DNA of 64,000 bases from a virus (lineage: Duplodnaviria > Caudoviricetes). Each line of letters starts with the position of its first letter. Position 1 is the stretch's first letter. The stretch lies in the IMG/VR virus record IMGVR_UViG_3300037067_007848, positions 57,009-121,008 of that record, one strand, 5' to 3'. Below the pieces are notes generated by a model. That model was not told where the DNA came from. It saw only the letters and a list, made by a program, of their open reading frames with translations, and did no database searches. This document shows, piece after piece, positions 50,664-58,424 of the stretch. The position numbers were made by a program, and so were the translations under genes.

Positions 50664-51693
50664 TTAGATCGTGTTCCACCATCATTGCGACTAATTCTTT
50701 GAATTTAACTGTTGGCTCCCACCCTAATTTATGTTTAATTTTTGAGGCATCGCACCGCAAGTATGGCACTTCGCACGGACGATAAAATGCAGAGTCGATT
50801 TCTACGTAATCTTTATAATTTGCATTAACAAGAGAAAATGCCTCTTCTAAAAATTCTTTTACTGTATGTGACTCGCCTGTGCCAATCGTATAATCATCTG
50901 GTTCATCAGCCTCGACAACTTTAATAAAAGCCTCAACACAATCTTTGGCATAACTCCAATCTCTAAACGCCTCAATATTTCCCAATTTTAATTTTTCAGT
51001 ACATTTATCAAGTGGAAAATGTTTAGCAATCCACAAAGTTATTTTTCTTGTAACAAAGTTTTCCCCCCTTCTGGGCGATTCGTGATTGTGTGTTATACAA
51101 TTACTGGCATGTAATCCGTATGCAGTCCTATATAATTTGGTTAAATTGGTCGCTGCACATTTTGCAACGGCATAGGGCGAATTTGGAGAAAATGGGGTGT
51201 TTTCATCTTGATATTTTTCTTCCCCATCAGGAACCATCTTTGATTGTCCGTTTTCGCCCATAATACTTTTCCACATTGGGCGTGTTGAATAATTCGATCC
51301 AAAACATTCGCTGGTAGATGCAAACTGAATATGAGTTTTAGGTGAATATAAACGAACTGCATCTAATACATATAATTGGCCCAATGCGTCGGCATGAAAT
51401 GTATAAGTTGGTTGTTCAAAAGATGTAAAAACATGGCTCATGGCCGCAACATTAAAAAGATAATCAGGTTTAATTAAACTAACCAAATGGTTGACAGATC
51501 CCTGATCTGTAATATCCCCCTCCATTAAATGAAAATGTTTACTATTTAATAAGTGGGAAATATTTTGTGTATTATTAGTTGAGGCACGTCTTTTCACGCC
51601 GTAAACTTCATGTCCCCGTTCTAATAATAACTCGGCAAGATAGCTTGCGTCTTGTCCTGTTGCCCCCCAAATCATTGATTTTTTATTTTCCAT
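50647..51693 (-). CDS. gmd: GDP-mannose 4,6-dehydratase
   Basis: GATGQDASYLAELLL, AAMSHV, ASTSE, SPYAVAK, NHESPRRGENFVTRKIT, LGN...RDW. Confidence 0.95.
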   Translation of the reverse strand: MENKKSMIWGATGQDASYLAELLLERGHEVYGVKRRASTNNTQNISHLLNSKHFHLMEGDITDQGSVNHLVSLIKPDYLFNVAAMSHVFTSFEQPTYTFHADALGQLYVLDAVRLYSPKTHIQFASTSECFGSNYSTRPMWKSIMGENGQSKMVPDGEEKYQDENTPFSPNSPYAVAKCAATNLTKLYRTAYGLHASNCITHNHESPRRGENFVTRKITLWIAKHFPLDKCTEKLKLGNIEAFRDWSYAKDCVEAFIKVVEADEPDDYTIGTGESHTVKEFLEEAFSLVNANYKDYVEIDSAFYRPCEVPYLRCDASKIKHKLGWEPTVKFKELVAMMVEHDLNGKKN

Positions 51694-51865
51694 TTATTAT
51701 CTCCTTTAGTAAATACTCTCCTAAAATTATCCCCGAAACAATTTCGTCCCGCACACAATTTTGCCCACCTTCCATAATAATTCCGATTTTTTTATCAAAT
51801 CCTTCCACTTTGTCCAACCAATAAATTACTTCTTTGTCTCTTTCTTCTATACTCAAAACATTCAT
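51683..51865 (-). CDS. hypothetical protein
   Basis: 60-aa ORF coupled to gmd, GGGA RBS. Confidence 0.45.
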   Translation of the reverse strand: MNVLSIEERDKEVIYWLDKVEGFDKKIGIIMEGGQNCVRDEIVSGIILGEYLLKEIINGK

Positions 51866-51880
51866 CTTAATTTTCCCTAT

Positions 51881-52273
51881 TTAATTCTTTATTGGTTTTC
51901 CAATTATTGCCTTAAACGTTCCCCGTCTTAAATTAATAATATTTTTCTTTGTTCTATATTTTTTTGGCACCTTTTCCTCTTCCTCGTCATCCTCCTCAAT
52001 CTCCTCTTTTATTGGTGTATTAACCTTAATAGGTTTTTTAATAGGGGTAATTATTTCAGATAAAATTTTTAATTCCCCTTTTGTAGCCCTATATTCCGAT
52101 TTTTTTGGGGTTACTTCTTCTTCGACATTTACTTCTGGAGCCGTAGTCATCTCAGGGGCAGTATTTACGTCGGTCTCCACCCCCATACCTACCTCCGCAC
52201 TCATCTTGGCTACTGATTTCATCTCCGCCACCGCGTTCATTTCCGCCACAATTTCTGCTTTACTTTTAGCCAT
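51881..52273 (-). CDS. low-complexity charged protein
   Basis: VAEM-type hexapeptide repeats; acidic and basic tracts. Confidence 0.5.
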   Translation of the reverse strand: MAKSKAEIVAEMNAVAEMKSVAKMSAEVGMGVETDVNTAPEMTTAPEVNVEEEVTPKKSEYRATKGELKILSEIITPIKKPIKVNTPIKEEIEEDDEEEEKVPKKYRTKKNIINLRRGTFKAIIGKPIKN

Positions 52274-53093
52274 CTTCTTCTTCGTCTCCTTGATTAATTG
52301 TATCTGTATTTAATAGAGGTCGATCTACCTCCCCATCCATAAATGTATGAAATTGTCCCAATTCTCTTGAAGCCTTTTCTTTTGCCCTCTTCATCAATTC
52401 AATATCAAATCCCTCTTTATCACGATTGGCCTCGTCTTCAAGCATTCTAATATAACCCGCAAATGTTGTTTGGGAGTTTTCTATACGCTTAACACGTTGA
52501 TCGCGGTTTGCCTTTAAGTCAGTCTGGACCGATTTAATTTTATCTAATAATTTGGTATATTCTGAGGCATATGAAGGAATGGCCGACTTTAATAAGGAAA
52601 GTCTTTGTTCAAGTGGAATAATTATGGTTTCGTCCCTGTCATCCTTATCGTATTCTATTTCTAACTGCCGCTTAACATCTTCCATTTCGACGGTCGCCGA
52701 CTGCCGTTCGGCCAAATTGCGATTCGCCAAAATGTCGAGCGTAATATATTGTTTAATTGTTAATTCTTCAGAATATAAAATATCTTCGCGGAATTGGATC
52801 AATAATTCGATCCACAAATTTTCAAAATATTTTAATTCATCTTCTGAGAATTGCTTTTGTATTTCGCCCCAATAATCTTTTGAATAAAGGACATTTTTCA
52901 AGGAAAATTTTTGTTTTTCCCGATCTGTCATTTCCACCGACACTAAATTATTTTCCTTGATAAATCGGACCACAATCCCAATTTTTCGCCTAAGAGCGTC
53001 GGCTATTTGTTGGGGCGACATAGTTTGTGCCCGCTGTTTGATAAAGTCCATTTCCTCAACGCCAAGCGGACCTTTTTTAATTGAATTATCCAT
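52266..53093 (-). CDS. terminase small subunit (candidate)
   Basis: N-terminal HTH (EEMDFIKQRAQTMSPQQIADALRR) and a coiled coil ending LKANRDQR. Upstream of TerL. Start at MDNS after a GGGG RBS. Confidence 0.5.
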   Translation of the reverse strand: MDNSIKKGPLGVEEMDFIKQRAQTMSPQQIADALRRKIGIVVRFIKENNLVSVEMTDREKQKFSLKNVLYSKDYWGEIQKQFSEDELKYFENLWIELLIQFREDILYSEELTIKQYITLDILANRNLAERQSATVEMEDVKRQLEIEYDKDDRDETIIIPLEQRLSLLKSAIPSYASEYTKLLDKIKSVQTDLKANRDQRVKRIENSQTTFAGYIRMLEDEANRDKEGFDIELMKRAKEKASRELGQFHTFMDGEVDRPLLNTDTINQGDEEEDG

Positions 53094-53727
53094 TTGTTTT
53101 TCCCCGCGAATTATCCCCAACTATTTCCTCAATAATTATTTTTAATTTATTTTTTTCACTTTTGGTCAAGAATGTTTCGTGTTTCATTTTTAGAAAAAGC
53201 CCCCTCATATTTTGCGGCACTTTATCCTCGACCTTTTGGAGTAAATCCTTAAAATCAATTTCCGCCTCTTTATTATCTTCTATAGTTAGGGCGTCATATT
53301 CATCTTCAGTTACCATACTTAAACTAATTGGGGCGGCAATACTTCGTTTTGCGTCATTTCGCTTTACCCACTTTGCATATACCTTACAATCGTCCGTATT
53401 GTCAAACTTATGGCATAATCGCTCGGCATTTACACAGAAGGAATGTTTACACGTATTGCACGGCGGGGATATTCGGCAAAACTTATCCCTCTTCATATTA
53501 ATTAGTCGATTGTGGGCATGGGTATAAAGGAAGGTAAATAAATTGTCCTCCCCATTATATTTTTTTATTGCCTCTAAAGAAAAGACGGCAATTTGCTGGC
53601 GAATATCATCTTCGTCAAAATATCCAAAACGAAATTTGCGTGATATTAAATGGGCTATCTTTGTTATAACTTCGACCAGATTATCATTAGATGTATTAAT
53701 CTTGTTGTTCGTTTTGCTGTTCGTCAT
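53086..53727 (-). CDS. phage sigma70-family factor (region 2 plus Cys cluster), probable late sigma
   Basis: DEDDIRQQ...EAIKKY...FTFLYTHAHNRLINMKRD is region 2, followed by a Cys cluster (C..CNTC..C..C..C). No obvious region-4 HTH. Confidence 0.7.
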   Translation of the reverse strand: MTNSKTNNKINTSNDNLVEVITKIAHLISRKFRFGYFDEDDIRQQIAVFSLEAIKKYNGEDNLFTFLYTHAHNRLINMKRDKFCRISPPCNTCKHSFCVNAERLCHKFDNTDDCKVYAKWVKRNDAKRSIAAPISLSMVTEDEYDALTIEDNKEAEIDFKDLLQKVEDKVPQNMRGLFLKMKHETFLTKSEKNKLKIIIEEIVGDNSRGKTNG

Positions 53728-53923
53728 TTTTTGGGTCTTCCAGGCCCATGTCCTCATTTACCATTTCCTTGACTTCCGTAGACGCCACGGCCACTAAAAT
53801 TGTAGGAACTTCAATTGATTCGTCTTTTTGTTCACTATTTTGTTCACTATTTTGTTCATCTTTGCATTTGCCACACCCGCGAAATATAGATCCACAATTA
53901 TTTGGTTTACAATTACATGTCAT
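53696..53923 (-). CDS. small Cys-rich / acidic protein
   Basis: CNC..C...CGKC followed by EQNS repeats. Confidence 0.4.
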   Translation of the reverse strand: MTCNCKPNNCGSIFRGCGKCKDEQNSEQNSEQKDESIEVPTILVAVASTEVKEMVNEDMGLEDPKNDEQQNEQQD

Positions 53924-54061
53924 AAATATTGCCCTTTAATCTTTTTTAATATCTTTATCTAAATTAATTATTTTTCACCTATAATATTATAGTAAAAAGT
54001 TGACATAAATATAAAAAAATAAAAATAAACCCCAAAATAATCCCTAAATAATAATTTTAAC

Positions 54062-54313
54062 ATGGGCCATAAACACTGGACATATTCCGACGTAGAATTT
54101 ATTCGCACATACGCCCCAATATTAAAAGATAAAGATTTAGTTCGGGCATTGGTCGAACGAACGGGCCACCCCATTAGCTTAAAGTCCTTTCGCAAATTAA
54201 GATCGCGACTGGGCATTCATAAGATGTTAGGGCGAACCCGATGCGACGTTGACCCCTATTATAAGGATAAGTGGATTTGTGGCGAGTGGGTAGATAATTT
54301 GAGCGACTTGTAA
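54062..54313 (+). CDS. small HTH protein, RpoN-domain-like
   Basis: WT..D..FI...LKDKDLVRAL...ISLKSFRKLRSRLGI. Confidence 0.55.
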   Translation: MGHKHWTYSDVEFIRTYAPILKDKDLVRALVERTGHPISLKSFRKLRSRLGIHKMLGRTRCDVDPYYKDKWICGEWVDNLSDL

Positions 54314-54350
54314 GACTAACGCCATAATATATTTATTTATAAAATTTCCC

Positions 54351-54542
54351 CTATAAATGAAATTGTCCCCGCCCCCCCTTCTTTTTTATTCCAAGCCGGA
54401 CCCTCTCACGCCTAACGGCCACTAAGGTTGTCTGTCGGCCCTGGGAAACTAAAATCCGCGTAAGTTGTTCGTCGGTCATTTGGCCCGCGTATTTTTTAAT
54501 CGTGTTTTGTTCGTCCTCGGTCCATTTTGAATAATTCATCAT
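54351..54542 (-). CDS. small HTH protein, RpoN-domain-like
   Basis: WTEDE...MTDEQLTRILVSQG...AVRRERVRLGI. GGAG RBS. Confidence 0.6.
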   Translation of the reverse strand: MMNYSKWTEDEQNTIKKYAGQMTDEQLTRILVSQGRQTTLVAVRRERVRLGIKKKGGRGQFHL

Positions 54543-54653
54543 ATCTCCAGTTTTGTTTTATTTACTTAAACTTTCTACTTAAAATTCCAACATATAGATG
54601 TTCTACATAGATATACCCCAAGATCGCTTTATTAAATAGAAATAACCCAATAG

Positions 54654-54992
54654 ATGTCAACCTTATGGTAGGGAGTTGCTCTACGACCCCTACAATCCCA
54701 CAGAGGAATTTGTGTGAGGAATTTGTGTAGTGAATGTCAACCATTTTGGCAAATCTCCCCTCCTTTTTTAAAATACACCCACCTTTTTATTTAATAGAAA
54801 TAATCCTTAGAAATCACCTTTAGATTCCCTTATAGAGATTATTGCCATTAAATGTCAACCTTTGATTTATATCCCCTGGGTTTAATATTTGTCGAATTTA
54901 TAGATGTTAACAAAGAAATCCCCGAATACCGTTAAAAGAAAGAGAGGTAGATAAAGACACAACCTTTGTCGAGGTAGATAAAGATGTCAACC
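54654..54992. repeat. dispersed ATGTCAACC repeats (GGTTGACAT on the - strand)
   Basis: Exact copies at 54654, 54734, 54852 and 54984, variant at 54904. Also tandem GAGGAATTTGTGT x2 and GAGGTAGATAAAGA x2. Confidence 0.75.
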
Positions 54993-55075
54993 TTTGTTGG
55001 AATGGTCGGTGTGCGTTTGGACCACCCCGAGATTTTTTACGTGTTTTTTTTCGACTAGGGCAAAACAAATAAACA

Positions 55076-55117
55076 CCCCCACCCACCCCTGATCTTTGCC
55101 CACCCCCATCCCGCCCC
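55076..55117 (-). other. G-quadruplex-prone tract
   Basis: Seven C-runs of 3-5 nt on +, giving GGGGCGGGATGGGGGTGGG...GGGGTGGGTGGGGG on -. Confidence 0.55.
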
Positions 55118-55230
55118 ATATCATCCAATTCATTGCCGCCCACCTCCCGCCTATTGCTCGCCTGTCATGTAAGACCTATCGGGCAGTTTAACAAGGAAAA
55201 AAAGAAGGATAGATTGGATGGATTGTCCGA

Positions 55231-55455
55231 GTTTGGCACGACATTATCTTTCGAGATTTCACCAGTTTGGCACAAAACTATCTTCCCCATATTCGCCTGG
55301 TTTGGCACAACATTATATTGCCCGATTCCCCTTGCTTGGCATGGTATTATCCCAATGTATTTTCCCCAATTGGCACAGGATTATTCTACGGTTTTCCTAC
55401 TGAATGGCATAAGACTATCTTTACTCTTTATATTAGTTTGGCACAATATATGCAT
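55231..55455 (+). repeat. 7-unit, 34-bp-period array of TGGCAY boxes (sigma54 -24-like)
   Basis: TGG at 55234, 55268, 55303, 55337, 55371, 55405 and 55439. Confidence 0.9.
55438..55454 (+). promoter_or_regulatory. sigma54 -24/-12 promoter (candidate)
   Basis: TTGGCACAATATATGCA = GG-N10-GC. Confidence 0.65.
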
Positions 55456-55755
55456 ATATGTTAAGATGGGGGTTTTGTCAAATGGTATGTCAAATACCAA
55501 CAAAATAGGTGGAATATTCTTTTCCCTTTTAACCCGTCCTATGTTCATTCTAGTGCGTTTTCTTATTTTTTGACTATCTATTTCATGGGTGGGAAGGCGA
55601 GCGAACTAAACAAAAAACGACTATCAAAACAAGGCGATTTTGCATATTTTCGCCAACGATACCATTTCCTCTTTCTATCTACCTTCCTACCCAATACCCC
55701 AAAGGGGCTACCACCAATTATTTCCCCAATTCCATGATATTTGCCCGTATTCATC

Positions 55756-55784
55756 TTGACATTTTCCTTGTGATAGACGATACT
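55756..55784 (+). promoter_or_regulatory. sigma70-type early promoter
   Basis: TTGACA-17-GATACT. Confidence 0.6.
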
Positions 55785-55898
55785 ATATCTTAATGGGACA
55801 TGAAAACATACTTCGGATAGTGGTAGATCAAGCGAACGACTTGATCGAGCCGGCGGGCTGAAACGCATTAGGGTCCGGGCCACAAGCCCGCGAAAATC

Positions 55899-56120
55899 AT
55901 GGCTAATCACCAACACAGAGCAATCGAAAAACTGTCGCAAACTCACGGATTCACTCGCTGCCTTTGTGCCAGCGAAGGCGGACACATTACCGTGCATTGC
56001 GAGCCACGGGCACACGGCGGAGTGATGCACGTAGATGTTTGCCGCTGCGGTGCCGAGCGAAGAGTAAACACGAATGGCCAATTCCGCGAATCTGGTGGCT
56101 GGATTACCAATACTCGCTAG
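55899..56120 (+). CDS. small Cys/His-rich early protein
   Basis: First ORF after the early promoter. AHGG...CRCGA.R..N.NG. Confidence 0.6.
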   Translation: MANHQHRAIEKLSQTHGFTRCLCASEGGHITVHCEPRAHGGVMHVDVCRCGAERRVNTNGQFRESGGWITNTR

Positions 56121-56199
56121 ATAAGTGGTTGGAATTGGACGCGGCAAATCCACAAAATAGGTAGTTCACAACATTTCGTTTTTTTAAGGGAGTGATAAA

Positions 56200-56493
56200 A
56201 TGGTACAATTTACCCGCATTACCAAACGCCAAGCTATGGCCCGTTTCAATAAAGGATTACCGTTTTACCTTTGCCCATGCAAGCTACGCCCCGGCTGGCC
56301 GTGGAATTTCGCCATATTGATAGCAAACAGTGAGGACTATCGGGAAGACGCAAACAAATATCGGGACAATCCAACATTGTGGAAGGATAGCGTAGAACAA
56401 ACGGCCTGGGAGTTGCTTTACAACAATTGGGCGTATTACAATACCTCCTACGAAATGGGTTATTATGCCCATTATTATTACGTAGAGAACTAA
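56200..56493 (+). CDS. hypothetical early protein
   Basis: AAGGGAG RBS. C-terminal YYNTSYEMGYYAHYY. Confidence 0.7.
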   Translation: MVQFTRITKRQAMARFNKGLPFYLCPCKLRPGWPWNFAILIANSEDYREDANKYRDNPTLWKDSVEQTAWELLYNNWAYYNTSYEMGYYAHYYYVEN

Positions 56494-56565
56494 AACCATC
56501 ATTCAGCCCCTTTCGGGGGGTTGGGCTGGTTGTTTTGGACCCACTTTACAAGAGGAAATGTCAAA

Positions 56566-56880
56566 ATGAACAAATCGAGCCCGACGGCGATTGAGTCTTT
56601 TGAGTTGTTCGACCTTGGCTCCGACTATCCCGACTACTTTCAAGGATTTGGGGTATGCGGCACAGAATTCGACCACTGCGTTGTGGGTTGTGCCTCTACC
56701 CAGTCTGAGGCATTCGACGACCTGATGGAGCAATTTGCCCAATGCGAGGGAGTGACGTGCGGCATGACCGACTACGTTGAACGCAAGATCATCGCGGAAA
56801 ACGACAAACCTAACGAAATTCCCCTAATGGGGGATAAAATGTACTACTTGGGATTGCGTTTCAATTTGCCCACTAAGTGA
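56566..56880 (+). CDS. hypothetical acidic early protein
   Basis: GAGG RBS; start at MNKSS. Confidence 0.6.
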   Translation: MNKSSPTAIESFELFDLGSDYPDYFQGFGVCGTEFDHCVVGCASTQSEAFDDLMEQFAQCEGVTCGMTDYVERKIIAENDKPNEIPLMGDKMYYLGLRFNLPTK

Positions 56881-56908
56881 AAATTCAAGGGTGTGGGATA
56901 TATCCCAC

Positions 56909-56937
56909 TTGACAATTTACCAAAAAAAGACGATAAT
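56909..56937 (+). promoter_or_regulatory. sigma70-type early promoter
   Basis: TTGACA-17-GATAAT, directly after the palindrome GTGGGATATATCCCAC. Confidence 0.65.
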
Positions 56938-56944
56938 AGAGAGA

Positions 56945-57190
56945 ATGAACATGAACACAAACATCCCAACACGCGAAATCACCCTCAAAACCGCCAATCG
57001 CCAAATGATTCACGCCGTTTGTGCGATGATTTTTATCCCCCGCGAATTGCGAGCCGCCCTTGGCCGTCCCGTAGAATTTTCGGGTGGAATTCCCGTGCAA
57101 ACCCTTACCGACGAACAAGAGGCAGATCGTCAAAACAATCTGAGAACGTATATCGAGCGGGGTTATGCGTTTGACCCAAAGGCTGCATAG
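56945..57190 (+). CDS. hypothetical early protein
   Basis: ATG just downstream of promoter 56909. Confidence 0.5.
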   Translation: MNMNTNIPTREITLKTANRQMIHAVCAMIFIPRELRAALGRPVEFSGGIPVQTLTDEQEADRQNNLRTYIERGYAFDPKAA

Positions 57191-57297
57191 GGGATATCCC
57201 CCACCCCAGAAAATTTCCACTACTGCCCCTTATGAGGGGTAGACCTGGATGTTTTTACCACCACTTTTACGTTGTCCCCCTCTTTAGGAGAATTCCC

Positions 57298-58266
57298 ATG
57301 GCTGCAAACATCGACACCACCACTGGCAACAACGCCGTGGCATATTTTGGCGAAACGCCATGGCATGGCCTAGGACAGGTCATCCCCGAGCAGGATCGGT
57401 TTGACGCCGCTGCCTGTTCCAAAACATCATTTACCGATTTCGCCGTTGGTCTGCGGGAATTGTATACCCCAGATGGGTTACTTGTCCCGAACAAGGCTGT
57501 TGTGAGGGAAGATACGGGCGGTTTTCTCTCTGTGGTCGGCCCCAATTGGACCCCACTCCAAAACGAAAAACTGTTCGACTGGTTTCAGCCCTGGCTGGAT
57601 GCCCAACTTGCCTCGATTGAGTGTTGCGGGGCATTAGGAAATGGAGAGCGGGTTTGGTGCTTGGCCAAGGTAATTGGCGACCCCATTGACATCGTGGCAG
57701 GCGGCGACCCCGTTCAACAATACATTCTCCTCTCCAACAAGCACGGCATCGGGGCAGCCTATGCGGGATTCACCCCAATTCGGGTGGTGTGTCAGAATAC
57801 CCTTGAACAAGCCCAGCACTCCGCCGATTCCAAACTGATTAGGGTGTACCATTCGGCCAAGATCGAGCAAAATGTGGAAAAACTGAGGGGTGTAATGAAC
57901 GTCGCTAGGGCGGAATTTGAGGCAACGGCGGCCCAGTACAAGGATTTGGCAAGTCGACAATTCAATTCCACTGATTTGCAAAAATACATTCGTGTTTGTC
58001 TGGGGATGGAGGAGGATGGTGTGTTGCCAAAACGGTCGCAAACCCGCCTGCAAGAAATTATCTCACTTTGCATTAGTGGGAAGGGGCAGGACATCGACGG
58101 GGTTCGCGGAACGTGGTGGGGAGCGTACAACGGCGTGAACGAATACCTCAATTATGATGTTGGGCGACAGGCAGACACCCGCCTGGATTCCCTTTGGTTT
58201 GGACGGGGGAAGAAAATGAACGAATTGGCATTTAGGAAGGCTGTAGAATTCGCCACTGGGGTATAA
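57298..58266 (+). CDS. DUF932 / phage-plasmid-like protein (TIGR03299-type)
   Basis: AYFGETPWHGLG...PLQN...TPIRVVCQNTL...GTWWGAYNGVNEY...LDSLWFG. AGGAG RBS. Confidence 0.88.
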   Translation: MAANIDTTTGNNAVAYFGETPWHGLGQVIPEQDRFDAAACSKTSFTDFAVGLRELYTPDGLLVPNKAVVREDTGGFLSVVGPNWTPLQNEKLFDWFQPWLDAQLASIECCGALGNGERVWCLAKVIGDPIDIVAGGDPVQQYILLSNKHGIGAAYAGFTPIRVVCQNTLEQAQHSADSKLIRVYHSAKIEQNVEKLRGVMNVARAEFEATAAQYKDLASRQFNSTDLQKYIRVCLGMEEDGVLPKRSQTRLQEIISLCISGKGQDIDGVRGTWWGAYNGVNEYLNYDVGRQADTRLDSLWFGRGKKMNELAFRKAVEFATGV

Positions 58267-58424
58267 TGGGGACAACCCACACCCAAATAGAATTTCCAAC
58301 AACACCAAACAGATTAAAAGGTTAGATTGATAGGGAATTTGTAGAAAATTTCCACTTTGCCCACTACGGTGGGCGGGGCTGGACGTTTTTACGGGGATGT
58401 ATCCCCAAACCCCTTGTAAAGGAA

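Noticed and set aside
55231-55455. CRISPR mini-array
   Set aside because: The conserved part is only about 16 nt, degenerate and non-palindromic. Variable parts are about 18 nt, and no cas genes are in the window.
55133-55573. ORFs across the array (146, 61 and 65 aa)
   Set aside because: Their WH/LA periodicity is just the DNA repeat. The 34-bp period is not a multiple of 3 and there is no RBS.
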